The position numbers and the translations under genes were made by a program. DNA of 63,562 nt, counting the filler, from Collodictyon triciliatum (taxonomy: Eukaryota): NCBI GenBank assembly GCA_043381765.1. It is 9 parts of 9 records of this genome, joined end to end, with 100 filler letters (N's around TTAATTAATTAA, not from the genome) between each part and the next. Parts side by side here need not be neighbours in the genome. Positions count along the whole stretch, not along the records: positions 21,264 to 28,233 come from JBHJMP010004136.1; positions 28,334 to 35,301 come from JBHJMP010004137.1; positions 35,402 to 42,367 come from JBHJMP010004138.1; 6 more parts are not named here. One strand, 5' to 3'. Positions 24,301-36,554 of the stretch are shown here, one piece after another (within the stretch, counting starts at the first letter, position 1; every line of letters begins with the position of its first letter). The notes beneath the pieces were generated by a model. It was not told the origin of the DNA and searched no databases. It saw only the letters and a list, made by a program, of their open reading frames with translations.

Positions 24301-25283
24301 AACATACATGCAGATGGCGAAGAAAATGATTCAAAAGGAAATTAAGGCATTCTTTTATATTTATTTTTATTATTTTTATTTTTATTTTTATTTATTATTT
24401 TGCCTAACAAAAGCGTGTCTACAAAGCTATCTTGTAGTCAAAGTGATTTTTTTTTCATATCATTAAATTTATTCGTTCAGTTGCTCTAGCCTGTCTCGAA
24501 ATATGCTAGCATGCTAAATCCACCTATCGACTATGAAGGGCGTCTCCAACGTGTACACCCAGCATCAACCAGCCATTATGGATACCATCGAAGCCCTTGT
24601 TTCAGGGACTTTGCCAGAGGCAACATATCCGCACGCCATCGGACCATATCCTGCAGGGTAAGTGTCGCTGCAGTCTTGTGATGATAAATTTTTTGGATGA
24701 AAATCCAGAAAAAAAAATAAAGCACTTTGTTGATTATTCCAGCTTTCTTAACTGTGACTTTACAGACTTTGAGCCATGTAGAAGTATGAAGTGTCAATAC
24801 ACCGCAGATTATATGATTCTTTTCTTTTAAAAAGTTCAATGGTTTTTTCCCCAAAAATATAAAAATCTCCTGTATGAGTTTTTTGTCATTGCTTTGTCTT
24901 GTATGTATACAGAGCCAATGGACTGTCCGAAGTTTTCGTGTTTTTTGTCGGTGGTGCGACTTACGAGGAAGCTAAGGCCATCGCTGCATTCAACGAAAAG
25001 TCTCGTCGTACTCGTGTTGTTTTGGGAGGAACTACAATCCACAACTCGTCGAGGTTCTTTATCTCTTTCATTTTATTTTTATTCAAGAAATCACATGATT
25101 CAATCATAAAATTATTATCTTTTTTATAGAAGACATTTGCACAAACATGCAATTTAGATCTATTCATTTCCTCTCATGATATATGCAAATATGTCGTTCG
25201 ATTTCTTTGTTTAACGTCTAATATCTTCATGGAACTTAAATAGCTTCCTCCGCGATGTTAAATTGTTTAACATCGAGCAATAA
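21371..25283 (+). CDS. VPS45: Sec1/Munc18-family vacuolar protein sorting protein VPS45
   Basis: [100 protein letters not shown]; stop TAA 25281-25283. Confidence 0.95.
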
Positions 25284-25722
25284 ACAAACACACTTCGCAG
25301 ATTTTCAACTGTCATGTCATCTCCAAATACATGCCAACTTATCGCCTTTTTCTTTTGACCTTTTGCAAGGAAAAACATCACAGAGAAAAAAATAATAAAA
25401 GAAGAGAAAATCACACCACTTTTGCTGAATGTCATATGACAATAAAAAAAAATTATTGAAAGAATTAACCCTTTGTCTGATTTCTCTTTCAAAAACATGG
25501 ATTGTTTACCTAACCGCATCATTACTTACACATATGACCTTTGACTGGAACGCATACATGTAAAAGGCTGTGTAGATAACCGTACCAATAATAACAAACC
25601 TTATAACCAGTGTTGCCTTAAAAACGTGTCGTACGAGGTGTATTTATATTTATTTTCATTCCAAGCCGCTCATTTTCTGAAAGGTCAATGCGCATTTGAG
25701 ACTGGAATACGGAAATATAGCT

Positions 25723-25756
25723 TCACAAAGAGATCGCCAAAGATTCCTGAGTTTCA

Positions 25757-25787
<31 letters not shown>

Positions 25788-27427
25788 CAAATTAGTTAAA
25801 TAATATAAGAAGCAAATAAAAGGAAGACAAAGATAAATATATAATATTACAGGGCGACAGAGTGAGAAAGTAACAGAAATGAAAGAGTTTTTTTTTCTCT
25901 TATCTCATTTGAATTAACCCAGGGTTGTGTGAAACTAGGAACGATTATTTTTATTATAATTATAATCATATATATATTGAAAAAAATATATATACGAACC
26001 TGATATGTCAACATCGTCCTGGAGTTCGTTGTGGTTGATACGCGGACACCGTCAAGTGTTTCAAGATGACCCATCACATCCTGCCTCATCTCCGCATGGG
26101 TTTTGTGGCACACACGAAGGAAATCCCACAAGTCCGACTCGCTGATTGTTTTGAATTCCTGATAATTGTGCAAGGTTCATGGATGATACGCATAAAATAT
26201 AAAAATGGTTACCCACGGCAAAAAAAGGAAAAAGAAAAAGAAAAAAAGGGTGGACATCCTTCACAGAAAAAAAAAACGAAAAGACAGGGAGTTGGTAAGT
26301 TACCTTCACTACAGCCAACGCCAAGTTTGCATGATATATCACCGCCAGTTGATATGTAACATAGTTATTTATCTTCCATAAAATAATAAAGATGACAATA
26401 ATCTCGCATAGTAAGACCGTGTGTGATTGTGAGTGCACACTGAGGTGGATAATGCCATCAACGATTGCGCGTTCTCCTGAAAAAACGTCTCGTGCAAGAC
26501 AAAAAACGCTGTCTGGCGTGGGAATATACGCACACTATTTAGAGTAATACATTAGTCGTAAAATGTACTCCATTATTTACCCTCGACTAAGGAAATCATT
26601 GTGTGGTAGATATTACCAGAGTATTTTATTTTTTTCTTATATATTGGAAAATAAACAAACCAAAGAGTCATAGCACTCGATTAGGCCTTCCTTCTTAAGT
26701 TCATTTATCGCCAGGTTAGCCACCTATGAAGGTGGAATTACTATTATATTCGGTAAGGATGTGATGCAATATGGTTTATTTCCACTAAAATGCAATACAA
26801 TATATATAAATGTATTTATTTATTTCACTCACATTGCTTGGTGGCGAAGAGGCATAAGTTCTTGGATCGAGTACATCGTCAATAAAATGAAACGAAGTGA
26901 TATTAATGCTCGCCAAGCCGTAGCATTTGGAAAATCTCTAGACAGAAAATACATTAATCATCTGCGCGTTCGAATATTAACATTGAATAATACTAATTTT
27001 TCAAATTAAGCAATCAAAGGAATACAAAAGTGATAGCCCCATTATTCCTAGAGACATATTATATTTCTTATCAAGTTTATTTTGGCTGATATATAAACGC
27101 CCTGGATAATTATCAAAAAATTTTTTGATATGCATAGATAAATATATAAGGTGTGCATTGACAAGATAGACCACGAGTCTTGATGCATATGAAAGGAACC
27201 TTTCTTTGCTCCAGATGGCTAATATATATATTCTTAATGGCCTTCTTGTGTGTACGAAAGTCTTTCAGGACGCAGGCATCCCCCTTAAAATGCATCCCAG
27301 ACAGACAGACGGCCTTCCGATCCACACAAATCCAGTTTTCCGGACAAGGTAGACAAACTTCTGCTTCAAAGATAAACACGTGAGCAAGTATGCTCATACA
27401 TTTTCCTTTCTGCTATTTATTTATCTA

Positions 27428-27511
<84 letters not shown>

Positions 27512-28130
27512 TAAAAATAATAAGCGGATAAGAGACCATGGCTTCTATATCTCTATCTTAACATCTCTATCTACCCACACCAAAACCAAAACACACACCA
27601 CAGCCAAGAGAATAGTCTGATGCTCAATGCGACAAGAGAGCAAGTAAATAAGCAGGCAGTGAAGCATCAGCTGAGATACCTTTGTCCAAGATGTCTGTGT
27701 GGGTTGGTGGTTGTGAGTTGCAGAACATGTCCGGAAAGTGCAGCCAGGCCACCCACGCGGAAAAGAGCACAAGAGCGGCAGAGAAGTCAAGGACCAGGCG
27801 GCCCATCTTTGAGGATGCGCGAGCTTTATCTTCTTCTCTGGAGTGTGCTTTCTTGACGAGCTGCGCAATAGGCGATTCTATCGTCGCACTTTTGTACGCA
27901 CTATTTACTTCCTTCCTTCCTTCCTTCCTTCCTTCCTTCCTTCCTTCTTTTTCTTTCGTCTCAATTATACTTACATATTTAAAAAAAAAATAGTTATATG
28001 AACCTTCAGCAACTTGCAGTCTGGGTATATGCGTTTGCAGCCGAGGATCAGGGTAGATATTATGCCTTTTGTTTTTGTTTTTTTAAACGTAGTGAGCCAA
28101 GACGTTCACGCTCGTGTGTGGCCCAGGTTT
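25723..28130 (-). CDS. Man1/Src1 C-terminal (MSC)-like inner nuclear membrane protein; 5' partial
   Basis: TM helix (LVLFSAWVAWLHF), then spliced FCNSQ..EVCLPCPENWICVDRKAVCLSGMHFKGDACV, the Cys pattern of the MSC lumenal domain; a second TM; a winged-helix-like tail LWDFLR..VMGHLETLDGVR. Confidence 0.5.
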
Positions 28131-28436
28131 CTTCAAAAACAAAAACAAAAACAAAAACAAAAACAAAAACAAAAACAAAAACAAAAACAAAAACAAAAAC
28201 AAAAACAAAAACAAAAACAAAAACAAAAACAAANNNNNNNNNNNNNNNNNNNNNNNNNNNNNNNNNNNNNNNNNNNNTTAATTAATTAANNNNNNNNNNN
28301 NNNNNNNNNNNNNNNNNNNNNNNNNNNNNNNNNTCTCTTTCTCTTTCTCTTTCTCTTTCTCTTTCTCTTTCTCTTTCTCTTTCTCTTTCTCTTTCTCTTT
28401 CTCTTTCTCTTTTTCTTTTTTCACCTCTTTTCTCGC

Positions 28437-31400
28437 ATGTTCATGACCAGCCGCGACAAACGTCCTATATTTAAAATAAAACATAGCCAAGACAAAGCGG
28501 CCGTCGATCAACTGAGTTTGAGTAGATGCAGCGGAAGAGTAAGTGGTGCCTATACCTTTTCAACCTCGGGACAACTTTCTTTTCTCTCGGGTTTCATTTT
28601 GCCCGCCACTGACCTATCGCTTGCTCGCTCCATACTTTCAGATTTATTCGTAGACTTACTCTTACCTTCCTCTTGTTTAACTTTCTGTCATACAATTAAT
28701 ACTAAAGTTTTTTTAAAAAAAAAATACGAAAAATGCCCATGATTCATTACATGCATTAGAGTCCATTTCCCTAACACCTGACGTCGCTCCACCGTAAGTT
28801 CATACCAATCTCCTTTTATCAATCCAATGGTTTTTCATGAGATTATCTCATCTTTTTAAATATAAACAGCAGTTGTATATCACATTTTGTGAACGAAATG
28901 AATTCCTTAAAAAAAACGATATTTCCTTGGGGAGATATGAAAACAATATCTAAAATTATATCTTCACTATATTCTTGGTCCCTTCAAGACATTTAATCAA
29001 ACGATTGGTTTACTCATTTACTGGATCCATTTCTATTTAATCTTTAAAAGGCGGCGGGGCTCTATCGCTGATCGACTTCGAGCTTTGAAGCCTTTTGGAA
29101 ACCCAGCGACACAATTAGAGTCTGACGGCTTCACTGTGGACAACATCGTTCTCTCTAGGTTTAAAAATGAAACACAAAAACAAAAGAAGAGTTTTACCAA
29201 AGAATACTTGCCACAAATTATGTGTAAAGCGTATTCTTCGATTATCATTATCATTATCATTATCATTATTTGCACTTCTACAATTAATTTACCTAATCAT
29301 TTTTTTAAAAAAGTTTTATCGTCCAAACAAATGGTCACCAGCCGACAGAAAGGTGTAATCACACGGCAACTGTTATCGGAGTATGTCCTGAAATCAAATA
29401 GATTATTCTCATAATTCAATCCGGCTTTATGTTAATTCAAATGAAGCTCATGCCATGTATGGTTTACTAATACAAAATTGTAGGATAATCTCATCATTAT
29501 TGGCGGGCGAGACCCTGAAACTGAATCACATTTCAACGATATATACGTTTTAAATCTGCGTATGTATATCCCTCTGTCAACAATTTTATTCCTAGTGCTC
29601 CTATTTTAAAAAATTATATATCAAGTGTACCTTCATAGTATACATTATTAGTTAAATCCTTGAACTCAAATAATATACATAGTTTTTTTTTTTTTGAAGA
29701 AAGTGGACCTTAACAATATTTTTTTTTCATAATTTTGATGTAATAAAGTATACATTGTATTCAATAGAAAACATGACCTGGACTCGCCCAACCACATCCG
29801 GAGACCCTTTTATTGCCCGGGCCTTGCATTCTGCGACCCTTCTCAGCGATGAAAAGACCATATTGATTATCGGCGGTGCTACCGGAGCGTCTCAAATGGA
29901 TGATGTTGTTTTTCTCAACACAGGTAATTTAATTTTAATTCGATTTATTTTGAATCATTAAGCACAACAAAAAATTGATAATACGAATATTATTTACTAC
30001 ATTCGCAGGAACATATGTAGAGATACACTTTTTTTAGGAGATTTTTTTGTTTTTGTTTTTGTTTTTGTTTTTGTTTTTGTTTTTGTTTTTGTTTTTGTTT
30101 TTGTTTTTGTTTTTGTTTTTGTTTTTGTTTTTGTTTTTGTTTTTATTCTTTAGCTCTCATTTCTCAACTGTAATGCTCATAGAAACTTGGACATTCGAAG
30201 TATTCAATGCATTGGATGGATTTCCTGGAAATGGAATTGGAGGTCACGCGGCTGTTTATTTCCCACCCCACGAAGTATACATATTTGGTGGTCGATATAC
30301 AACAACGGGCCACGCTTCCGCTGATGTCCATCTGTTTAACACAGGTTAGCTCTCGGTTTTAGATGTCAACCCAATACAAATATTATTTGTTCATATAAGC
30401 AGACTAAATCTCTTTTACATATATTTGTAGATATATAACTAAACATATATAGATAGCAGAGTGTGGATGGACATATCAACATCTGGAAAAGCTTTGGAAA
30501 GGTTAATTAAATGCTAGCCTAAATTGCTCAAATGATATTTATTGATTCGAACGCATAATACAATGTAATTTCATACAGGGCTGGTCACTCTGCCACGGTA
30601 TTGAAAGGTCCAGGTGGAAAGCCATATGTCGGAGTTTTTGGAGGGAAGAATACAGCACAAAATGTTGATGAGAAAATATCGGTGTTTGACCCAAGTGCGA
30701 AAATGACAAATTTTTTATGACCACGAATATTGTAACCATCACCATCCTTGCCATCCTCATCATTCTCACCACCCTTTTAAACAAGATATTGTATTATAAT
30801 GCATCCCCATTTGCCCTATCTTATCTCACTTCGCTTTCATCGTTTTTCAGATTGTAATTATATTTTTTTGTATCTTTAATCAGCGGACGGGAACTGGAGT
30901 AAATTGGAAACATACGGAAAGGTGATCTACTTTCCTCCTACTTTCTCGTTTATTTAAGGTACCACTCAGTACCTTTCACTTAGTGTAAATTCACGCAGGG
31001 ACCCAGTAAAACTCGTTTCTTCCATACTGTCGCTACTATTCGCTCCATCATATTATTTATTGGAGGAAAAACGGATTCCTCGGACGAAGGGATGACATCG
31101 ATTTATTCATTTGATACGAGTAATACCTATAGATTTAATATATATCATTCTCTTTGGCATGTCTCTAGTCAGTAAATTCTAATACCGCATCATACTCACC
31201 CACTTCATTAGAATCGTCAACTTGGAAAAAGGTTAAGGACCGAAAAATGCTTTCCTTAAACGGGCGGTACGGTCACTCTGCCTCTGTCCATAAGGGTAAT
31301 ATCATCGTCTTCGGAGGCTGTCATTCAAAAACATCATACAACGACGTGCATATTGTGCATGTAGACGAGAAATCAGGTATATGTATAAATGATTAATACC

Positions 31401-31549
31401 CAACGAAGTATCAATATCACCTCCCCAATTTACATATAGTGCATGCTGCGATTTGATAGCTTGATTGGATATCATTTGCCATACATACATACATACATAC
31501 ATACATACATACATACATACATACATACATACATACATACATACATACA

Positions 31550-31580
<31 letters not shown>

Positions 31581-31706
31581 GTCTATAATACTACATTCTC
31601 AACTCACCATGCAAAATATTATATATATCTAAGGCTCTAGTCGTGAATTTCAGGAGGATGTGGTTCCCTAAGAAAAAAATTGTCATCGATAATGTATTGG
31701 TCATAG
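28437..31706 (+). CDS. Kelch-repeat beta-propeller protein
   Basis: Six repeats with H-x-A/GG/W signatures: IIIGGRD..NDIYVLNL, RALHSATL..IIGG, GGHAAV..YIFGG, RAGHSATV..VFGG, FFHTVA..FIGG, RYGHSASV..VFGG; stop TAG 31704-31706. Confidence 0.9.
31480..31578. repeat. (ATAC)n microsatellite
   Basis: Intronic tandem tetramer. Confidence 0.95.
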
Positions 31707-32444
31707 GAACCAATGAAAACAACATAAAATCGAGAATGGAAATTCTACCCTCCCTTCCTCTCCATACCTACACACCCAGAACTCTTCATAATTGCTGGAC
31801 GCGTCGCATAGCCCTCAAAAAAGAAAGAAAAGAACTATCAACCTTTCCTCTTAATATAAAATCGCATAAGTCACAAAAAGTATATTTTACCACGCTGCTA
31901 TCTCCAAATATGACCTCAGAACAAACGAGCAATTCCTATGTCATCTTCAGAAGTCCTAAAAATCAATTGTGTTGCGAGTGTATTATCCATGTGCAATTTC
32001 ATTCTCTTTTTTTATATATTTTTTTTATTCTTTTTAGAAAGTCATCATTCAGATATGTAATATTTTCTTGCCTAGTAGCCATCAAGACACCACAAGTATT
32101 TATTCGCGATTTATGGCGATAACTGTGATTATGAATGACATATGTCTTTTGCTCGCTGGAGTGTATATCTAACTTGCTCGTGTGAGAAACAAGGAACCAG
32201 ACCATAGGCATCTAAATCAGACACTTTTCTTTGTCGAATAAGTTAATCTAACTATTTTTTTTTTATTTATTTATTCAGAATCCTCTCCTTTTCATAAATC
32301 AAGCAGAGAGAAACAACAAAGAAACGAACATAAGGGCAGTAAACCGAAGGGTGGTTCGCAACAGAAGCATCGGCCCTCATTTCAAGCTGGATGATGCCGC
32401 CCTGGGTTAACCAGAGGGAATAGACATTCAGTACGTGTGAGCAA

Positions 32445-32838
32445 CTATCGGCGGAAGGGGTCCATCTGATTTTCCTTGCGGTATTCCTCCGTGCTCTTTT
32501 GCCATTCGGGTGTGAGTGTCTGGGGGACACCTGTGTATATTTGGTACACGATTACGTCTAATACATTAAGGCATGTGTCATTTTGCTGCGACGAGCAATA
32601 GATGTCTTATAGTTCGCGTTCTCACACTTGAGTTCACACAGCAATTGCTGCTCGATATTTTGACAGCTGATAATTAAAAGGTTGAAAAGAGAAGAAATGA
32701 TTTTGACAGACGGTATGGCTTGGTCGACGCCCAGGATAGGATTCCCCCTAAGATAACAGCGGAAGCGACACCGATGAGGTTAAACTGCAGGCGACCCATG
32801 GCTGGGGGCGCTTGATAGCGGTTTGGAGGATATCCCAT
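32445..32838 (-). CDS. Cytochrome c oxidase subunit IV family, short form (like Dictyostelium subunit VI)
   Basis: Two exons (intron 32531-32711) give MGYPPNRYQ..TM..KPYRVPQTLTPEWQKSTEEYRKENQMDPFRR*; P.TLT.EWQ..EY....DP is the COX4-family C-terminal motif. Confidence 0.8.
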
Positions 32839-33617
32839 TGTATTCTGCTTGCCTCGCCCACAAGATGATTTGAGTCGTTGTTTGAGCAAAAGGAGTATGG
32901 ATGGATGCTTGATAAATCACTGACTATTCCATTTATACACGCACATAAACAATCGTCATCAACATTATCCCAACCCCCTTTTTCACAAGACAGACCTAAT
33001 AATTGCCCATAATCCCAGCGACATTGAGGTGCAGTGGTCGCCGGACTGTGTAAAGTCAATCACAAGAGAACGCATTTAAGAGTCATCGGATTTTGATGGG
33101 GGTGGCAAAGAAGCCGATGCAAAGGTTCTTCATTTATATGGTTGCAAAGGTGCACAGCGTCGCAATCCCGTGTGATGTTTCCTTGAACCGAAGCCGTGTT
33201 TGGATGAAGCCAGTACACGACTCCTGACGACGGTTTGGCGTGTTGTGTCGTAAGCATCTCGCGCTGGATATGGCTAATAGGCTGGTACTATACTCCAAGG
33301 ATGTGGGTGGCTACTTAATGAAGCGGCGCAAGGTAATTGAAATGTAGTTTTCTTATTATGTATATATTTGATATTTATAATATACAATTATGTAAATTAA
33401 TCAGATATAATTGATTATATTAACATTATATATTATTTTCCATATTTGTATGATTTCTCTAATCTGATTTTTTCTTTTTCTTCATCTTTTGTCCTTCGTT
33501 TTTTGCCGAATATTTTTCATTTTTCTTCTTTTTTTCTTTGATCTCACTCTGCAGCAAAGTCACGCGTCAAAGTAGCACACGGCCGACTCATCTTCCGTCT
33601 CTACAGGCAGAATCTCG

Positions 33618-35292
33618 ATGGATGCACAGCAGGGAGAAACTGCCCAGGTCTGCCTCCAACTTTGACATTTTTTTCTTTGGTCTTTTCTGTTTTCTGTTTT
33701 TTGTTTTCTTCTCCTTTTCTAAATAATTTCTTTTGAAGGGGTTTCCCCAACCTTCTCTCGTCCTGTTTGTTTTGGTTTCTGTCTCGATTTTCCATTTCAG
33801 CCTTCGTTAACTCGTCGCTGCCCAGACCCAGACTCAGAGCCATGCAGATTCGGCGGGCTGCGATGTTCCTCAAATCATAGTCAAAGTCGAAGTCCACGAG
33901 AAAGTTGGTGACGGACTCAACTCGTACATGACCTACAAAGTCACAGCCTCGGTTTGCAACAATATATATATCTTCTTGATAATACACTCGAAATAAATGA
34001 ATAAGTAAATAATTCAATGAATATATGAATATATCAATAAGTAAATAAGTTAATATAAAAAAGTAAATGAACGAATGAATGAATATATAAATAAATAATA
34101 AGAAAATAAATAATTCAATGAATATATGAATGAATGCATAAATAAATCCTGCATACTTGCGAGCTCTTTTGTAGACTAGACGATGTGGAGCTAAATATGT
34201 GTTGTCTCTCGCCAATCTTTCCTTCAAGTTGCCAGATAAGATTTTGTGTGAGTATTGGGTCTTAATATGATACGCCTTTTTTTTTTTTATCGGGCGTTTG
34301 CGTCCTTTATAGTCTGAACTGTCAGGATTTGGAGGGCAGACGCATGAGAGAATTAGGCGCTTCAAGGACTTCGAATGGGTCCACGAGAAGCTTAGCACGG
34401 GGTATCCTTACTTGATTATTCCACCACTCCCAGAGAAGCATGTTACAAGCACAGGTTGTCCTGAGGAATCAGACAGAAAACAAAACATTTTTTCCTTCGA
34501 TAAAGAATGACTTTGCTGTTATAAGATTGAATCGAAAATTACAATACATATTATTCCAGTTTTTTTTTTTGTTGGCTTAAAAATACGATCGAAGTAATTT
34601 CAACGAATGTATCTAATAGCTGCGATGTTATAATTTCTACTGATTAATAGCTATTATCGTTTCAAACTGACTTAGGGAAATTTTCAAAAGAATTCATCGA
34701 AACTAGAAGAAAAGAGCTAGAATATTTTCTGAAGGTACGAATCTATGACTTCCAAATTCAATATCGTGATTTTAACTGCATCCAAAGAAAAATTTAAATG
34801 TTTTCTTTTGTTATCACACAACTGCGAATGCAATCTTCGTGCTGATAAGCTAAGTTAATTAGAAAATAACTACACATCCTGGCATTACCAACAGCCCTGA
34901 TTTATTGATGTTTTTGACGGCCAGCGAAGAGGTTATTTGATTCTCTCGATTTACGAAATATTAATGCTAGTTGTCCATTTGAATATTTATTTGGAACGCC
35001 CTATCAAATCTGTCAGATTGTCTAATATTTCCTATTCGTAAGAATCCATATGCCATAAAATGAATATGGATAGAATGATTTTTTTATATATAAGGTTCTC
35101 TACTTAATATAAATTTGAATTTTCCTCAAGAAGAATTCTGATCAGATTAATAAAAATTATCACTGTTATAGGGATGGAATACTGCAAAATCTCAAACCAA
35201 TATTTTGTCTTCGAAATTGGGCCGAGCTTGGACATCTGGGTTCATTTCTTTAGTTGATTCAGTCATGGGAGCTCCGAAAGAGCCCGAACCCG
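33618..35292 (+). CDS. Sorting nexin (PX domain); 3' truncated by scaffold end
   Basis: KVGDGLNSYMTYKV, RRFKDFEWVHEKL..YPYLIIPPLPEK, FSKEFIETRRKELEYFL..HP..FLT. Confidence 0.9.
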
Positions 35293-35401
35293 TACATTTA
35301 TNNNNNNNNNNNNNNNNNNNNNNNNNNNNNNNNNNNNNNNNNNNNTTAATTAATTAANNNNNNNNNNNNNNNNNNNNNNNNNNNNNNNNNNNNNNNNNNN
35401 N

Positions 35402-35463
35402 CCCGCCCCTTTGTATGGCATAACCTCGCTACACTTTGAATCGAATAAAGGAAAAAAAAAAAA
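35402..35463 (+). mobile_element. Longer copy of the family A retroelement 3' end at a scaffold edge
   Basis: ...GCATAACCTCGCTACACTTTGAATCGAATAAAGG(A)13. Confidence 0.6.
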
Positions 35464-35575
35464 CACATCCGCCATCACTTTCCCCTTTTTACCTCGGAAT
35501 ACTTGCTTGGTGGTTGAAAAAAGATTGTTGGCATGGGCGCCAACAGCTAAGTCTGTCGTGAATAAAAAAAAAATA
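35464..35575 (+). repeat. Second copy of the family C poly(A)-tailed repeat
   Basis: Matches 7227-7339 with a few substitutions; sits in the A-tail of a family A end. Confidence 0.75.
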
Positions 35576-36554
35576 AATAAATCTCATGTCATCCTGTCCA
35601 AATGAAAGTCTCACAAATTACCTCGAATCCTTCAAACCTGTGAAAAAGAAAAAGAAAAAGAAAGAAAGACTAGTTTTATTGCTCCAGCCCGATGCGGTCC
35701 ATCTCACCCGATTTAGCGTTTCAGATCTCTTACACCTTTGATAATTATTGAGATAGATTGATTTTGTAGTGACAGCTTTCGCCGCGAGTTTACAGAACAT
35801 TGCCCAAGAACGAAAAGAAAGAGAATTCTGATCGAAAAAATGAAAAAAAATGTCCACACTTTCGAGCTTCGTGTCTCTCCCCCAAACAGGGTTCCCCACA
35901 TTCAAACTGCACTAAAATTAGCGCACAAGTTTGAAAGCGCCCGCTATACCACCATTGACCATAGCCTATTGCATAGCCAATGCGATTAACCGACTCTTGG
36001 TTGGCGGTAAATCACAGAAAAGCACATACAAGCTGACATATTGACCACACAGCCCGATTACAAACTATTCCGCCTTAATATTCGCAAGGCTTTGAGTCCT
36101 TCGCGAATAAACAAGTAAATGAGAAATCGACAAACTGGAGTTACGCAAGTGCGTTGAAGCAAGCAGATAAACCAGATCACTAATTGTCCAGTTAGCCGCA
36201 AGAATGGGGCTCAGTGCCTCCCCAGGGTGACTTTATGAACTGGGATTCGAGTATGCTCCATAGTTGAAGAGAAAGCAAGTTGAATAACACTCGGGCACAT
36301 CTCGGTTTATTTCCCCAATACCTCTGAGAGAAGGTGCTGGGGATATGGCAATGTGAGTTGTGTATGTGCCTGTATAAAGGACGCCACATTGGCCAACTCA
36401 AACCATCAGTTCTAGATGGAGTTTATTTTTTTTTTCCTTTATTCGATAGATGGAGTTTATTTAAATATCGGCAAATCATTCATATTTGCGTCTTTTATGC
36501 TATGTTATTCTTGTCTTTATCTTTAACAAATCTCATATAAATTTTTTTTTTTTC

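Noticed and set aside
33080-33335. GC-richer segment with a faint RT-like peptide (LLTTVWRVV..MANRL)
   Set aside because: Too short and frameshifted to call; it could be UTR or promoter sequence between the COX subunit and sorting nexin genes.
35905-36225. RNase MRP-like motifs (GAAAGCGCCC, AGTTACGCA, AATGGGGCTCA)
   Set aside because: I could not build P1-P3 helices with correct spacing; it would need an Infernal RNase_MRP hit.
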